Positions 53,319 to 63,088 of a DNA stretch of 64,000 bases are shown in pieces (position 1 is the stretch's first letter; every line of letters starts with the position of its first letter). This DNA is from Candidatus Poribacteria bacterium (GTDB lineage Bacteria; Poribacteria; WGA-4E; PCPOR2b), in the NCBI GenBank assembly GCA_965215015.1, contig OZ244042.1, positions 3,328,001-3,392,000 of the forward strand, given 5' to 3'. Below the pieces are notes generated by a model, which saw only the letters and a list, made by a program, of their open reading frames with translations, ran no database searches and was not told the DNA's origin. Made by a program: the position numbers and the translations under genes.

Positions 53319-53543
53319 ATTATCCGAATCTCGGATTGCACAAATTGCACGGATCTTTAGAATCCGTGTCGTTGCTAAAAAGCTGGACTGCCTTCTCAAA
53401 AAGGGAGAGTATTTGTGTTTTTACGATGAAAATGAGTTAACGAATCTTTGGGGCAAGAGTCTCTATGATTACTTGCCATCGGTCTTTGACATACTCCCGT
53501 CTCTAAAGCGAATTGAACCATACCACCAAAAGGTATGAACCCG

Positions 53544-53821
53544 CCGATAGACTTGAAATCCAATGATGCTGAAGCTTATTCAATCGGGGTATAATTGGGT
53601 TAGTCCAAGGTATATGGGAAAGGACGAAAGCGGACCTGATCAATGCCAGAGGCACGGGGTTGAATATCTCCAGTTCATTTCATAACGACTACGAAAGCAT
53701 CGCAGACTTTGAGCAGAGACATGGTGTCCAGTTCCTGAAAGACCTCACCGCAATACTAACACCCCCGCAGGCATGGATTCGTCCCAAACACACAAATTAT
53801 CTTACGTTTTACGGAAAATAA
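53544..53821 (+). pseudogene. Frameshifted remnant of a TPR-repeat protein
   Basis: IDLKSNDAEAY-(one base missing)-NRGII...KADL...FHNDYESIADFEQRHGVQ; no start codon. Confidence 0.55.
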
Positions 53822-55060
53822 ATGTCAATCCAACTCCTCCGACAAGCCTTCAACGGTGATCGCCTTCCTCCAAGGATGTGGCGGTCACATGAACTGAAAG
53901 AATACTACGATGTCGTTATCATCGGCGGCGGGGCCCATGGACTCGCCTGTGCCTACTATCTCGCCAAAGAGCACGGCATCACCGATGTGGCGGTACTGGA
54001 AAAAAGCTATATCGGTGCGGGTGGCAGCGGTCGTAACACCGCAATTATTCGCAGCAACTACCTGACCCCAGAAGGGGTGCGCTTTTATAACGAAAGTATC
54101 AAACTCTACGAACAACTGTCGGACGAACTCAATTTCAATGTGATGTTCAGCCAGCGGGGGCACCTGACCCTCGCCCATACTGATAGCGGGGTCAATACCA
54201 TGCGTCGTCGGGCGGAGGTCAACCAGATCGAAGGTGTTGATTCACGTCTAATTTTCCCCGCTGAAATCAAAAATCTCTGCCCCTATCTCGATGTGAGCGA
54301 CCATCCGCGCTATCCCATTTTGGCGGCACTCTACCATCCCCCCGGCGGCATTATTCGCCACGATGCGGTTGTTTGGGGCTATGCCCATCAAGCAGATGTG
54401 CACGGTGTCCACATTCACCAAAACACGGAGGTAACTAGACTGGAAGTACAAGATGGCAAAGTGACTGGCGTGGAAACAACTCGTGGTCACATCAAAACCG
54501 GGACAGTTCTCAACGCAACCGCCGGTTGGGCTTCGACAATCACGGCGATGGTGGGGATTAATCTGCCGTTGACCACTATCCCCTTGCAAGCCTGCGTGAC
54601 CGAACCGCTCAAGCCCTTCTTGGATGTGGTTGTTGTCTCCGGCAGCCTGCATGTCTACATCAGTCAGACAGATCGGGGAGAGCTAGTGATGGGCGCAAGC
54701 GTAGACCCCTTTTCCTCCTATTCGATGGCGGGTTCCCTGACATTCCTCGAAGGTATTGCAGGGCATGTTCTCGAACTTTTTCCCTCTTTAAGCCATGTTC
54801 GTATCCTGCGTCAGTGGGCTGGTATCTGCGAAATGCCTCCCGACTATAGCCCAATCATGGGGTTCACCCCTGTCAATGGATTTCTGATAGATGTCGGTTG
54901 GGGCACTTATGGATTCAAAGCGTCCCCCATTGCAGGCAAAACCTTGGCAGAGTTAATCGCAACCGGCAAGACTCCAACTCTCATCGCTCCTTTCCGCCTA
55001 TCGCGTTTTGAGGAAAATGATCTGGTCGGTGAGAAAGGTGCGGCGGCAGTGGGACACTAA
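53822..55060 (+). CDS. soxB: Sarcosine oxidase-family subunit beta
   Basis: GGGAHG, GRNTAIIRSNY, RHDAVVWGYA, GWGTYGFK. Confidence 0.9.
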   Translation: MSIQLLRQAFNGDRLPPRMWRSHELKEYYDVVIIGGGAHGLACAYYLAKEHGITDVAVLEKSYIGAGGSGRNTAIIRSNYLTPEGVRFYNESIKLYEQLSDELNFNVMFSQRGHLTLAHTDSGVNTMRRRAEVNQIEGVDSRLIFPAEIKNLCPYLDVSDHPRYPILAALYHPPGGIIRHDAVVWGYAHQADVHGVHIHQNTEVTRLEVQDGKVTGVETTRGHIKTGTVLNATAGWASTITAMVGINLPLTTIPLQACVTEPLKPFLDVVVVSGSLHVYISQTDRGELVMGASVDPFSSYSMAGSLTFLEGIAGHVLELFPSLSHVRILRQWAGICEMPPDYSPIMGFTPVNGFLIDVGWGTYGFKASPIAGKTLAELIATGKTPTLIAPFRLSRFEENDLVGEKGAAAVGH

Positions 55061-55258
55061 AACGCGAGGTTCATGTAAAAAGAAGGTGCAAAGCATCCGC
55101 GAATTAACGCGAATCTATACAAATAAAAAAAGAAAGACTAAAGACGGGCAAACACAAAGGCTGCCCCTACAGTCCGCTCCAAACCGGAAATGTTCGGGTG
55201 GGGAGCCCCTGTTCCTACGATTACTGTTGCATGATTTTTTAACGTGAGCGAAACGTGA

Positions 55259-55537
55259 ATGGAGATCAATGTGTTACTTTTAACTTGTCCTAACTGTGGG
55301 GATCGAAATGTCAGCGAATTTCACTGCGGTGGGGAGCTCGGTTCGCGTCCTAAAGGTCCTTCGGCTATCAGCAATGTAGAATGGGCAAATTATCTCTACA
55401 TGCGAAATAACGTCATGGGCGTACAAACGGAGTGGTGGCATCATAACGCCGGTTGCGGTTTATGGTTTCTGGCTGAACGGCACACACGGACCAACGAAGT
55501 GACAAAGACTTACCTTTACGCCAAGCGTGATGCGTGA
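55259..55537 (+). CDS. soxD: Sarcosine oxidase-family subunit delta
   Basis: CPNCGDR..EF, EWWHHNAGCGLWF. Confidence 0.88.
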   Translation: MEINVLLLTCPNCGDRNVSEFHCGGELGSRPKGPSAISNVEWANYLYMRNNVMGVQTEWWHHNAGCGLWFLAERHTRTNEVTKTYLYAKRDA

Positions 55538-55597
55538 AACGTGATGGGGCATTTCTCCATCGCGTGATTTCTATAAAGCATAGTACCTGGAAAATTA

Positions 55598-58510
55598 ATG
55601 CAAACTGAACAAGATACACTAACAACAGCACCCAATCGACTTCAACCGAAGCAAGGTGAGGTGATCGATCGTTCTACCACGATTCGATTTACCTTTGATG
55701 GAGTGGGATATACCGCCCACCCCGGTGATACCGTGGCTTCGGCTCTGACAGCGGCGGGTGTCAAAGTCTTGAGTCGCTCGTTTAAGTATCATCGTCCGCG
55801 TGGGCTGCTCTGCTGCTCCGGACATTGCCCCAACTGTCTGGTGCAAATCGGAGATGAGCCAAACGTCCGCGCCTGTACCAGACCTGTCGAAGCGGGTATG
55901 GACGTGCGAGCGCAAAACGTTTGGCCCTCGCTCAATCGAGATCTGCTTTCCCTGATCCAACTGGGGTCGCGTTTGATGCCGGTGGGCTTTTACTACAAGA
56001 CTTTCATTCGCCCCAAAAAGCTGTGGCCCCTCTACGAACATACGTTACGTCATGCCGCTGGTTTGGGTGAGGTTGATCTTGATACTCCCCCAGGCGAGTT
56101 TGACAAGCAATATCTGCATACCGATGTCGTCGTAGTCGGTGGGGGACCGGCAGGGATCGGTGCGGCCTCGGGGGCAGCCAAAGGGGGAGCACAGGTGCTG
56201 CTTTTCGACGAGAATTCAACCCTCGGAGGTCATCTCCGCTTCACCGTCCCCCTACAATCCCCGTCGTCCACAGGCCTACCTGAACTATTAGAAACCCTTA
56301 ATCAGCAGCCAAATGTCACGGTTCTCACCGATACGAGTGTGCTGGGTTGGTATCAGGATAACTGGCTTTGCGCTGTGCAGGGAGCCCGTCTGTTCAAAAT
56401 ACGGACGAAATCAGTAGTTGTAGCAACCGGTGCCTACGAGACACCGCTTATCTTTGACAACAACGACTTGCCGGGCGTTATGTTGGGGAGTGCTGTGCAG
56501 CGGCTGCTTCACCTTTTCGGCGTCCTGCCCGGCAGACAGGTCGTGATTGTAACAGCTAACGATGATGGCTGGGATGTAGCTGCTGACCTACAGGCATTGG
56601 GGGTGAACGTGGCGGCTATCGTGGACGAACGTGAGCACAACGCTTGCTCCAGTCAATACAGAGATGGATTGGCGAATGCCGGTGTTCCGGCCTTCTATCG
56701 GCATACCATCGTCGAAGCTCTCGGTTCAAATGCAGTAAGAGGGGCAAAGATTGCGCGCATCAACAGACGAGGCGACATCTCTCCCGCAACAATACAATCG
56801 CTGCAGTGCGATCTTATCGTGACAAGCATAGGTTGGACACCTGCCACTGAACTATTGTATATGACGGGTGGAAAATCGGAATACAATGAAGCCCAAGCGG
56901 AAATACTACCGATATCCACCCCACCGGGTATCTATGTGGCAGGACGAGCAGCAGGAATACACGCCATCAATCCGCAAATCGCCGAAGCACAGCAGGTAGG
57001 ATTGAATGCAGCCGCATTCGCGGGCTTCGGTGAATTTGAGGAATCGATAACACACGTTTTAGAACCGCGCCGTACTTCCGGGCGGGTGTGCGTTCCCGGC
57101 AATAAGAAGCGATTTGTATGCTATTGCGAAGATGTCACCGACGAAGATGTCGAAACGGCGATTGCAGAAGGGTATGAGAGTATAGAGTTGCTCAAGCGAT
57201 ACAGTACCATCTCAATGGGCCCCTGTCAGGGTGCTATGTGTTCGATGAATACTATCCACCTTTGCGCCCGTGCCAACGGTTGGACGGTTCAGGAGACAAG
57301 TACCACGACTGCGAGGCCCCCCATCACGCCGGTGACACTAGGGGTTCTGGCAGGACAAAACATGGAACCGGTGCAGACAACCCCCATACATCAATGGCAC
57401 CTTGATCACGGCGCAAACATGATGGTCGCGGGACTCTGGCTGCGTCCAAACCACTACGGTGATCCAACGGCAGAAGCATTGGGCGTCCGCAATCGAGTCG
57501 GTCTTATTGACGTAAGCCCGTTGGGAAAACTACAGCTTACCGGCCCTGGGGTGCCCGAACTGCTTGAACGCATCTACACCAACCGGTGGCACAATCTCCG
57601 GGTTGGGCGGGTGCGCTACGGCGTGATGTGCAATGACGAAGGCGTGGTGTTAAATGACGGAGTCTGCGCGCCTCTGAGGGACGAAGTGTGGTATATGACC
57701 ACCACCTCCACCGGTGCAACGGCGGTCTTTGAGTGGCTGCAATGGTGGTTGCAATCGGGGTGGGGGGAAGGTGTCCATCTGACGGATCTGACCGAGACCT
57801 ATGCCGCCTTCAACTTGGCGGGCCCGCAATCGCGGAAGGTGCTAGAGAAATTAACCGAGCGAAACCTCGCCAACAAAGCCTTCCCTTACATGCGTATTCG
57901 GTCTGCCAAGATTGCGGATGTGCCGTGTCGTTTACTGCGTATCGGTTTCACCGGTGAGCTCTCCTACGAAATTCACTGTCCGTCGGGTTATGCGTTGTAT
58001 GTCTGGGAAGCACTGATGGACGCAGGCAGAGAGTTTGGCATTGCTCCATTTGGCGTGGAAGCACAACGTATATTGCGATTGGAGAAAGCACACATTATCG
58101 TCGGACAGGACACCGATGCCATCTCCGATCCGCTTTCTGCTAATATAGGGTGGGCGGTGAAATTGGACAAGCCCGATTTTCTAGGAAAGCCTTCTCTAAT
58201 GCGAATCTCCACCGAAGGACCTAAGCAGCTTCTGGTAGGCTTTAAGATGGCTAATCCGGACGTTGTGCCCGCTGAGGGACTACAAATTGTCGAGCCCGAA
58301 TCGGAGGGACGCCTGAAAATCATCGGCTGGGTCACCTCCAGTCGCTTCAGTCCGACCCTAGGGGAAGTCATCGGACTCTGCTGGCTGCCGGCGGATCTGG
58401 CTTCTCAAAACGGTGCCCCCTTTACGATTCGCATGGACGGACATCTGAAAGAAGCACATGTCCATCACGGTGCCTTTTATGACCCCGACGGAGAAAGGTT
58501 ACGCACGTGA
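55598..58510 (+). CDS. soxA: Sarcosine oxidase-family subunit alpha
   Basis: SRSFKYHRPRG, GGGPAG, KRY...MGPCQG, GcvT-like C-terminal half. Confidence 0.9.
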   Translation: MQTEQDTLTTAPNRLQPKQGEVIDRSTTIRFTFDGVGYTAHPGDTVASALTAAGVKVLSRSFKYHRPRGLLCCSGHCPNCLVQIGDEPNVRACTRPVEAGMDVRAQNVWPSLNRDLLSLIQLGSRLMPVGFYYKTFIRPKKLWPLYEHTLRHAAGLGEVDLDTPPGEFDKQYLHTDVVVVGGGPAGIGAASGAAKGGAQVLLFDENSTLGGHLRFTVPLQSPSSTGLPELLETLNQQPNVTVLTDTSVLGWYQDNWLCAVQGARLFKIRTKSVVVATGAYETPLIFDNNDLPGVMLGSAVQRLLHLFGVLPGRQVVIVTANDDGWDVAADLQALGVNVAAIVDEREHNACSSQYRDGLANAGVPAFYRHTIVEALGSNAVRGAKIARINRRGDISPATIQSLQCDLIVTSIGWTPATELLYMTGGKSEYNEAQAEILPISTPPGIYVAGRAAGIHAINPQIAEAQQVGLNAAAFAGFGEFEESITHVLEPRRTSGRVCVPGNKKRFVCYCEDVTDEDVETAIAEGYESIELLKRYSTISMGPCQGAMCSMNTIHLCARANGWTVQETSTTTARPPITPVTLGVLAGQNMEPVQTTPIHQWHLDHGANMMVAGLWLRPNHYGDPTAEALGVRNRVGLIDVSPLGKLQLTGPGVPELLERIYTNRWHNLRVGRVRYGVMCNDEGVVLNDGVCAPLRDEVWYMTTTSTGATAVFEWLQWWLQSGWGEGVHLTDLTETYAAFNLAGPQSRKVLEKLTERNLANKAFPYMRIRSAKIADVPCRLLRIGFTGELSYEIHCPSGYALYVWEALMDAGREFGIAPFGVEAQRILRLEKAHIIVGQDTDAISDPLSANIGWAVKLDKPDFLGKPSLMRISTEGPKQLLVGFKMANPDVVPAEGLQIVEPESEGRLKIIGWVTSSRFSPTLGEVIGLCWLPADLASQNGAPFTIRMDGHLKEAHVHHGAFYDPDGERLRT

Positions 58511-59190
58511 GCCAATCCAGGACCCCCATCAAATTGACTCCCTTATACTCCATCGCCCAACGCTTGGGTGCGACGTTCACCGAGGGACAAGGTTGGCGTA
58601 TCCCAGAGGTTTATACGACGCCGGAGGCGGAAATCGCTGCCGCCCGTGAGAGGATTGCTCTCGCTGACGAAACACCGAATGGGAAACTGCTGCTTGAAGG
58701 AGATCAAGCCGAGTCAGTATTGATGGATGCTTTTGATTTACGCTCCCTCAAAATCAGCGAAGGCAGTGATGGAATTTATCGGTTGCGGAACGATCTCTTT
58801 TTTATAAGCACGCCGCCCGGCGGAGAGGGTAGCGTACAGAAAAAGCTGACGGCCGCATTAGGAGCATCTGAACGGTTTGTTACCGTCACAGCGGTTACGC
58901 ACGGACGAGCGGAGATTCGGGTGATTGGTCCTGATAGTCAGGAGCTTTTGAGCAAGGTGTGCGGATTGGATTTCCACCTGTCGGCATTTCCAAACGAAAC
59001 CGCAAAACAGAGCAGTCTCGCCAAGACAGCACAGCTAATCATCCGCCGCGACATCGGCGGATTACCGGCATTTTCTATTATCGGCGCACAGTCGTTGGGG
59101 GCATACATTTGGGATACCATGGTAAAGGCGGGACGAGAGTTTGGGATTCTCCCGATTGGCAGGGCAGTGCTAGTCGCGCTAGGGGTGTGA
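58507..59190 (+). CDS. soxG: Sarcosine oxidase-family subunit gamma (GcvT-like)
   Basis: Overlaps soxA stop; LLSKVCGLDFH..F motif. Confidence 0.8.
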   Translation: MSQSRTPIKLTPLYSIAQRLGATFTEGQGWRIPEVYTTPEAEIAAARERIALADETPNGKLLLEGDQAESVLMDAFDLRSLKISEGSDGIYRLRNDLFFISTPPGGEGSVQKKLTAALGASERFVTVTAVTHGRAEIRVIGPDSQELLSKVCGLDFHLSAFPNETAKQSSLAKTAQLIIRRDIGGLPAFSIIGAQSLGAYIWDTMVKAGREFGILPIGRAVLVALGV

Positions 59191-59346
59191 GCGGAGAGAA
59201 GATCAGGGACTGTTCAATCGCGCTTTGCTGGCTATCACAGTATATCCCAAGCCCTGCGGTATGTCGCCGCACCTCCACTACATACTTTTAACTGAATCAG
59301 TCGAAAATACGAAAACTAAATGCCCCTACTTCACGTTGCATTGGGG

Positions 59347-59375
59347 TTGACAGGGATGCAACGGCGTGATATAAT
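59347..59375 (+). promoter_or_regulatory. Consensus sigma70 promoter
   Basis: TTGACA-N17-TATAAT with TG extension. Confidence 0.7.
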
Positions 59376-59409
59376 CTTCATGTCGGAACGAATTTTTAGG
59401 AGAGGTGGT

Positions 59410-59952
59410 ATGCCTCAGAAGAAAACGATTGCTTTAACAGCGAGTCAAATTGTTTTAGGTGGTTCTATCGGTTTAGCGAGCGGCTGGCTTTGCCGCTTCA
59501 TTGTCGAGCTGCTGTTATGGAAAGGCTTAATCGGGGACCGTGTTCAGCACGGTTTTTGGGTGGGTTTACTCCTGCTGATCTCCTTTGGTGTGATGTACGG
59601 GAGTGCTCTCGCCGGTGTGGCTGAAGGCGTCATCTTTGCCGGACGCCGTTTCGGTGTTAGTGTGGACCGTAACCGCACATATCAGGGAGCTTTTCTTGGT
59701 GCTCCTGCGATAGTTGCGTTGATGTCACTGCTAAATATTCACTGGGAAGCATTGGTTGCCTCGAATTTACTGTTCTACATACTCCTAAATATAGCACAAT
59801 TGCTTGCTCTTATCATATCTTTACCCCTTCGCATTTTACTAGCGATAAAATGCCCTCCCGAGCTCTTGTACATCGTTGCGGCACCAATTGGCGCAATCCT
59901 TGGCTACCGGCTTGGTATGGAACGGAGACAAACCGCGTCGCCTGAGCTCTAA
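59410..59952 (+). CDS. Hypothetical integral membrane protein
   Basis: Several hydrophobic segments; ATG 59410 follows RBS aggagagg and the promoter. Confidence 0.6.
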   Translation: MPQKKTIALTASQIVLGGSIGLASGWLCRFIVELLLWKGLIGDRVQHGFWVGLLLLISFGVMYGSALAGVAEGVIFAGRRFGVSVDRNRTYQGAFLGAPAIVALMSLLNIHWEALVASNLLFYILLNIAQLLALIISLPLRILLAIKCPPELLYIVAAPIGAILGYRLGMERRQTASPEL

Positions 59953-60043
59953 CTCAAATCCAGACCGGCCAGATTTTCAGACACCATACAATAACGTGCT
60001 GGGGTGTGGCGGAACACTCGATGAATTGGAGAATCATCCAAAT

Positions 60044-61462
60044 ATGGAATATTTCGATCCGTTTGATGATAAACCAAGATGTGAATGTGGGGTATTCGGT
60101 ATTTTGGGACATCCTAGGGCAGTTGAATTCACCTACTTGGGTTTACGCGCCCTTCAGCACCGTGGTCAGGAAAGTGCAGGAATTGTCGCTGCAGACGACG
60201 ATGCGTTCACATATCATCATGGTATGGGGCTTGTTGCAACTATCTTTGATTCGGATGCCTTGTCAAAGCTGGAGGGCAACCTTGCGCTGGGACACAACCG
60301 TTATTCAACAACCGGACACAGTACCCTTCAGAATGCACAACCGTTGGTCCGAGAGTACAAGCGGGGTCCCCTCGCGATTGCACATAATGGGAATCTTGTA
60401 AACGCCCAGCGTATTCGCAATGATCTTGAGGATGGCGGTTCAATTTTTAGCACGACTTCCGATACGGAGGTTATCGCTCACCTCATTGCTCGTTCTCGAC
60501 AGACGCTGCTGGAAGATCGTATCTTGGATGCACTCAAAGAGATTCGCGGGGCGTATTCACTTGTCTTCATGGGAAAGTCTATCCTGATAGGTGTGCGAGA
60601 TATTTACGGTTTCCGCCCACTTTGGTTGGGGCGCGTTGGTGATGCCTACGTTCTCACTTCTGAAACGTGTGCTTTCGATGTCATTGGAGCGGAACCCATT
60701 CGTGAGATTAGTCCCGGCGAAATGGTTATTATTACCGGGGCGGCTAAGGAACCGGAATCGTTTATGTTCGGGCAGGCGCAACCTCATCTATCGCAATGTA
60801 TCTTTGAGTATATTTACCTCTCGCGCCCAGATAGCGTTGTATTTGGTGAACTTGTTAACCGTCCAAGGCGTGAACTCGGCAGACAGCTAGCCCGTGAATG
60901 TCCCGCAGCGGCGGACATCGTCATTCCTGTGCCAGATTCGGCGACACTTTCTGCACTGGGGTATTCACAGGAATCGGGCATTCCGTTTGATGTGGGACTC
61001 TACCGAAACTCTTATGTGGGACGTGCTTTCATGAATCCTTCGCAGGAAGTTCGCGAATTGATGGTCAAGGTGAAATTAAACCCGATTCGCGATGTGCTTG
61101 AGGGCAAGCGCGTTGTGGTGGTTGATGATTCAATTATGCGGGGCACTGAGAGTCGGCAGTTTGTAAAGATGCTTCGTCAGGGTGGTGCCACACAGGTTCA
61201 TGTCCGTGTTGCTTCTCCTCCCAACAAATTCCCCTGTTTCTACGGCATTGATACACCTACCCGCAAAGAGTTGATTGCCAGTTCACACACCGTTGAGGAG
61301 ACCCGTAAGTACATCCGTGCAGATAGTTTGGGATACCTCAGCATTAAAGGCATGCTCAAGAGTATGAAGTCACCCCAAGATTTTTGCACGGCATGTTTTG
61401 ACGGGAGCTATCCTGTTGAATTTAGTGGACAATCAACGTCGCAGATTCCATTACTTTTGTGA
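60044..61462 (+). CDS. purF: Amidophosphoribosyltransferase
   Basis: Propeptide then CGVFG, QHRGQE, GHNRYST, VDDSIMRG, FCTACF. Confidence 0.95.
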   Translation: MEYFDPFDDKPRCECGVFGILGHPRAVEFTYLGLRALQHRGQESAGIVAADDDAFTYHHGMGLVATIFDSDALSKLEGNLALGHNRYSTTGHSTLQNAQPLVREYKRGPLAIAHNGNLVNAQRIRNDLEDGGSIFSTTSDTEVIAHLIARSRQTLLEDRILDALKEIRGAYSLVFMGKSILIGVRDIYGFRPLWLGRVGDAYVLTSETCAFDVIGAEPIREISPGEMVIITGAAKEPESFMFGQAQPHLSQCIFEYIYLSRPDSVVFGELVNRPRRELGRQLARECPAAADIVIPVPDSATLSALGYSQESGIPFDVGLYRNSYVGRAFMNPSQEVRELMVKVKLNPIRDVLEGKRVVVVDDSIMRGTESRQFVKMLRQGGATQVHVRVASPPNKFPCFYGIDTPTRKELIASSHTVEETRKYIRADSLGYLSIKGMLKSMKSPQDFCTACFDGSYPVEFSGQSTSQIPLLL

Positions 61463-61524
61463 ATGAAGGGGATTGATGGTTACACGGGAACTTAATAGAC
61501 AATAAGATCCAAAGGAACAATCCG

Positions 61525-61881
61525 ATGCAAAATAGATTAAGAAGAGAGCGATCTGGATCTTCCCACCCTTTTCAAAACGTTCGGCGAGGCCTATCCACAT
61601 CACAGGGGCGATTCACTTTTTACGCGATTATCTTATGTGCGATTCTTGGCATAGTGGTGTACCAACCGGCAATCTTGCTGGTTCAAAAGCTGAGCCCAAC
61701 CGCTTCCCCACAGACTGCCGCAGAGAACGCAATGTTAATCACTATTGGATTGTGTATTGTGGTATTGGTTGTTTCGTTATTAAAAATGGACAAGATAATG
61801 ACTCTCGTTGGCAATCGACGCTTGGAATCCTTCAATCAACGTATGGAAAAGCGAAAGGAATCTGACGACTCCGATGGCTGA
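61525..61881 (+). CDS. Small hypothetical membrane protein
   Basis: Two hydrophobic helices, RBS aagga, overlaps purM start. Confidence 0.5.
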   Translation: MQNRLRRERSGSSHPFQNVRRGLSTSQGRFTFYAIILCAILGIVVYQPAILLVQKLSPTASPQTAAENAMLITIGLCIVVLVVSLLKMDKIMTLVGNRRLESFNQRMEKRKESDDSDG

Positions 61882-62905
61882 ACAGGGATTGACGTACGCT
61901 AGCACAGGTGTTTCCTTCGACGCAAAAGAGGACGCTCTAAAACGCTTAAAACCTCTTCTCCAATCGACTCACCGTCCAGAAGTCTTAAGCGAGGTAGGCA
62001 ATTTCGGGGGACTGTTTGCACTTGGTGAATACGAAAAGCCAATCTTGGTATCCAGCACCGACAGCGTGGGCACAAAGCTCAAAGTTGCTTTTATGGCAGG
62101 GCGGCACGATACGGTCGGGTTTGATATTGTGGCGCACTGCGGAAACGATATCCTTGTCCAAGGCGCAGAGCCCCTCTTTTTTCTAGATTACATCGGCACA
62201 AGTCAGCTGCACCCTGAAGTTATTGCACAGATTGTGGGTGGCGTGGCGGAGGGTTGCCGGGAAATTGGTTGTGCACTCATTGGTGGGGAAATCGCAGAAC
62301 TGTCGGAACTTTACACGGTGGGCGAGTATGACCTCGTTGGTACAATTGTGGGTGTGGTTGAAGAGTCGCAATTAATCACTGGAAGCAGGATTGCACCGGG
62401 GGATGGCCTAGTTGGCTTGAGTTCACTTGGATTGCATACGAACGGTTTTTCGCTTGCTCGGCGAATTGTGTTTGAGGTTTGCGGCTATGAATTTGATCAG
62501 TACGTTCCTGAACTCGATACAACGATTGGCTCGGAGTTACTTGCGTACCATAAAAGCTACGTAAAGAGTGTTCTTGTCCTACGGGAGCATTGCGATATTA
62601 AAGGTATCGCTCACATCACAGGTGGTGGCTTGTCAGATAACATCATCCGTGTTCTTCCGCCGGATTGCTGCGCGGAGATTCGGAAGGGCACTTGGGAAAT
62701 ACCGCCGATTTTTCCCTTCCTTCAAGACAAGGGTGGTGTAGATGAAGCCGAGATGTACCATGTTTTTAACATGGGTGTTGGTATGGTACTCGTATTACCA
62801 CCGAACCAGATTGATATGGCGATTGCTTTGCTCCGAGCGTCCGGTGAATCCCCTTTTCTAATTGGTGAAATTAGCCACGGCGAAAAAAGTGTCCAAATTA
62901 TCTGA
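61874..62905 (+). CDS. purM: Phosphoribosylformylglycinamidine cyclo-ligase (AIR synthetase)
   Basis: LTYASTGV, TDSVGTK, HTNGFSL, HITGGG, FNMGVGM. Confidence 0.95.
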   Translation: MAEQGLTYASTGVSFDAKEDALKRLKPLLQSTHRPEVLSEVGNFGGLFALGEYEKPILVSSTDSVGTKLKVAFMAGRHDTVGFDIVAHCGNDILVQGAEPLFFLDYIGTSQLHPEVIAQIVGGVAEGCREIGCALIGGEIAELSELYTVGEYDLVGTIVGVVEESQLITGSRIAPGDGLVGLSSLGLHTNGFSLARRIVFEVCGYEFDQYVPELDTTIGSELLAYHKSYVKSVLVLREHCDIKGIAHITGGGLSDNIIRVLPPDCCAEIRKGTWEIPPIFPFLQDKGGVDEAEMYHVFNMGVGMVLVLPPNQIDMAIALLRASGESPFLIGEISHGEKSVQII

Positions 62906-63088
62906 AAGCTCCTCAATTCAGACTAAAAACATGCCGCTTCTATTGTTCTTTTGCTGACGCGCTAGCACACCTTACCCACCGCTCCTGAGTCCCCAACATA
63001 TCACGACTCTCCTTTGGCTCCAATTTCCGATCCGTCAGCTCTAAAAACCGTGTGAGGTTTGCGGCCCCTCGTACCAGCGAGATTCGTG

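Larger units (their letters stand above)
45743..53368 (+). repeat. Tandem duplication, unit 1 45743-49628 and unit 2 49629-53368
   Basis: Each unit starts gctcacatcac (helicase 3' end) and ends ..ggatctttagaatccgtg; near-identical except between GNPPY and the C-terminal tail. Confidence 0.92.

Noticed and set aside
59880-60030. ZTP/purine riboswitch before purF (attggcgcaa...ccgcgtcgcctgagc)
   Set aside because: Only partial motif resemblance, lies inside the upstream CDS, and P1/P2 could not be built.
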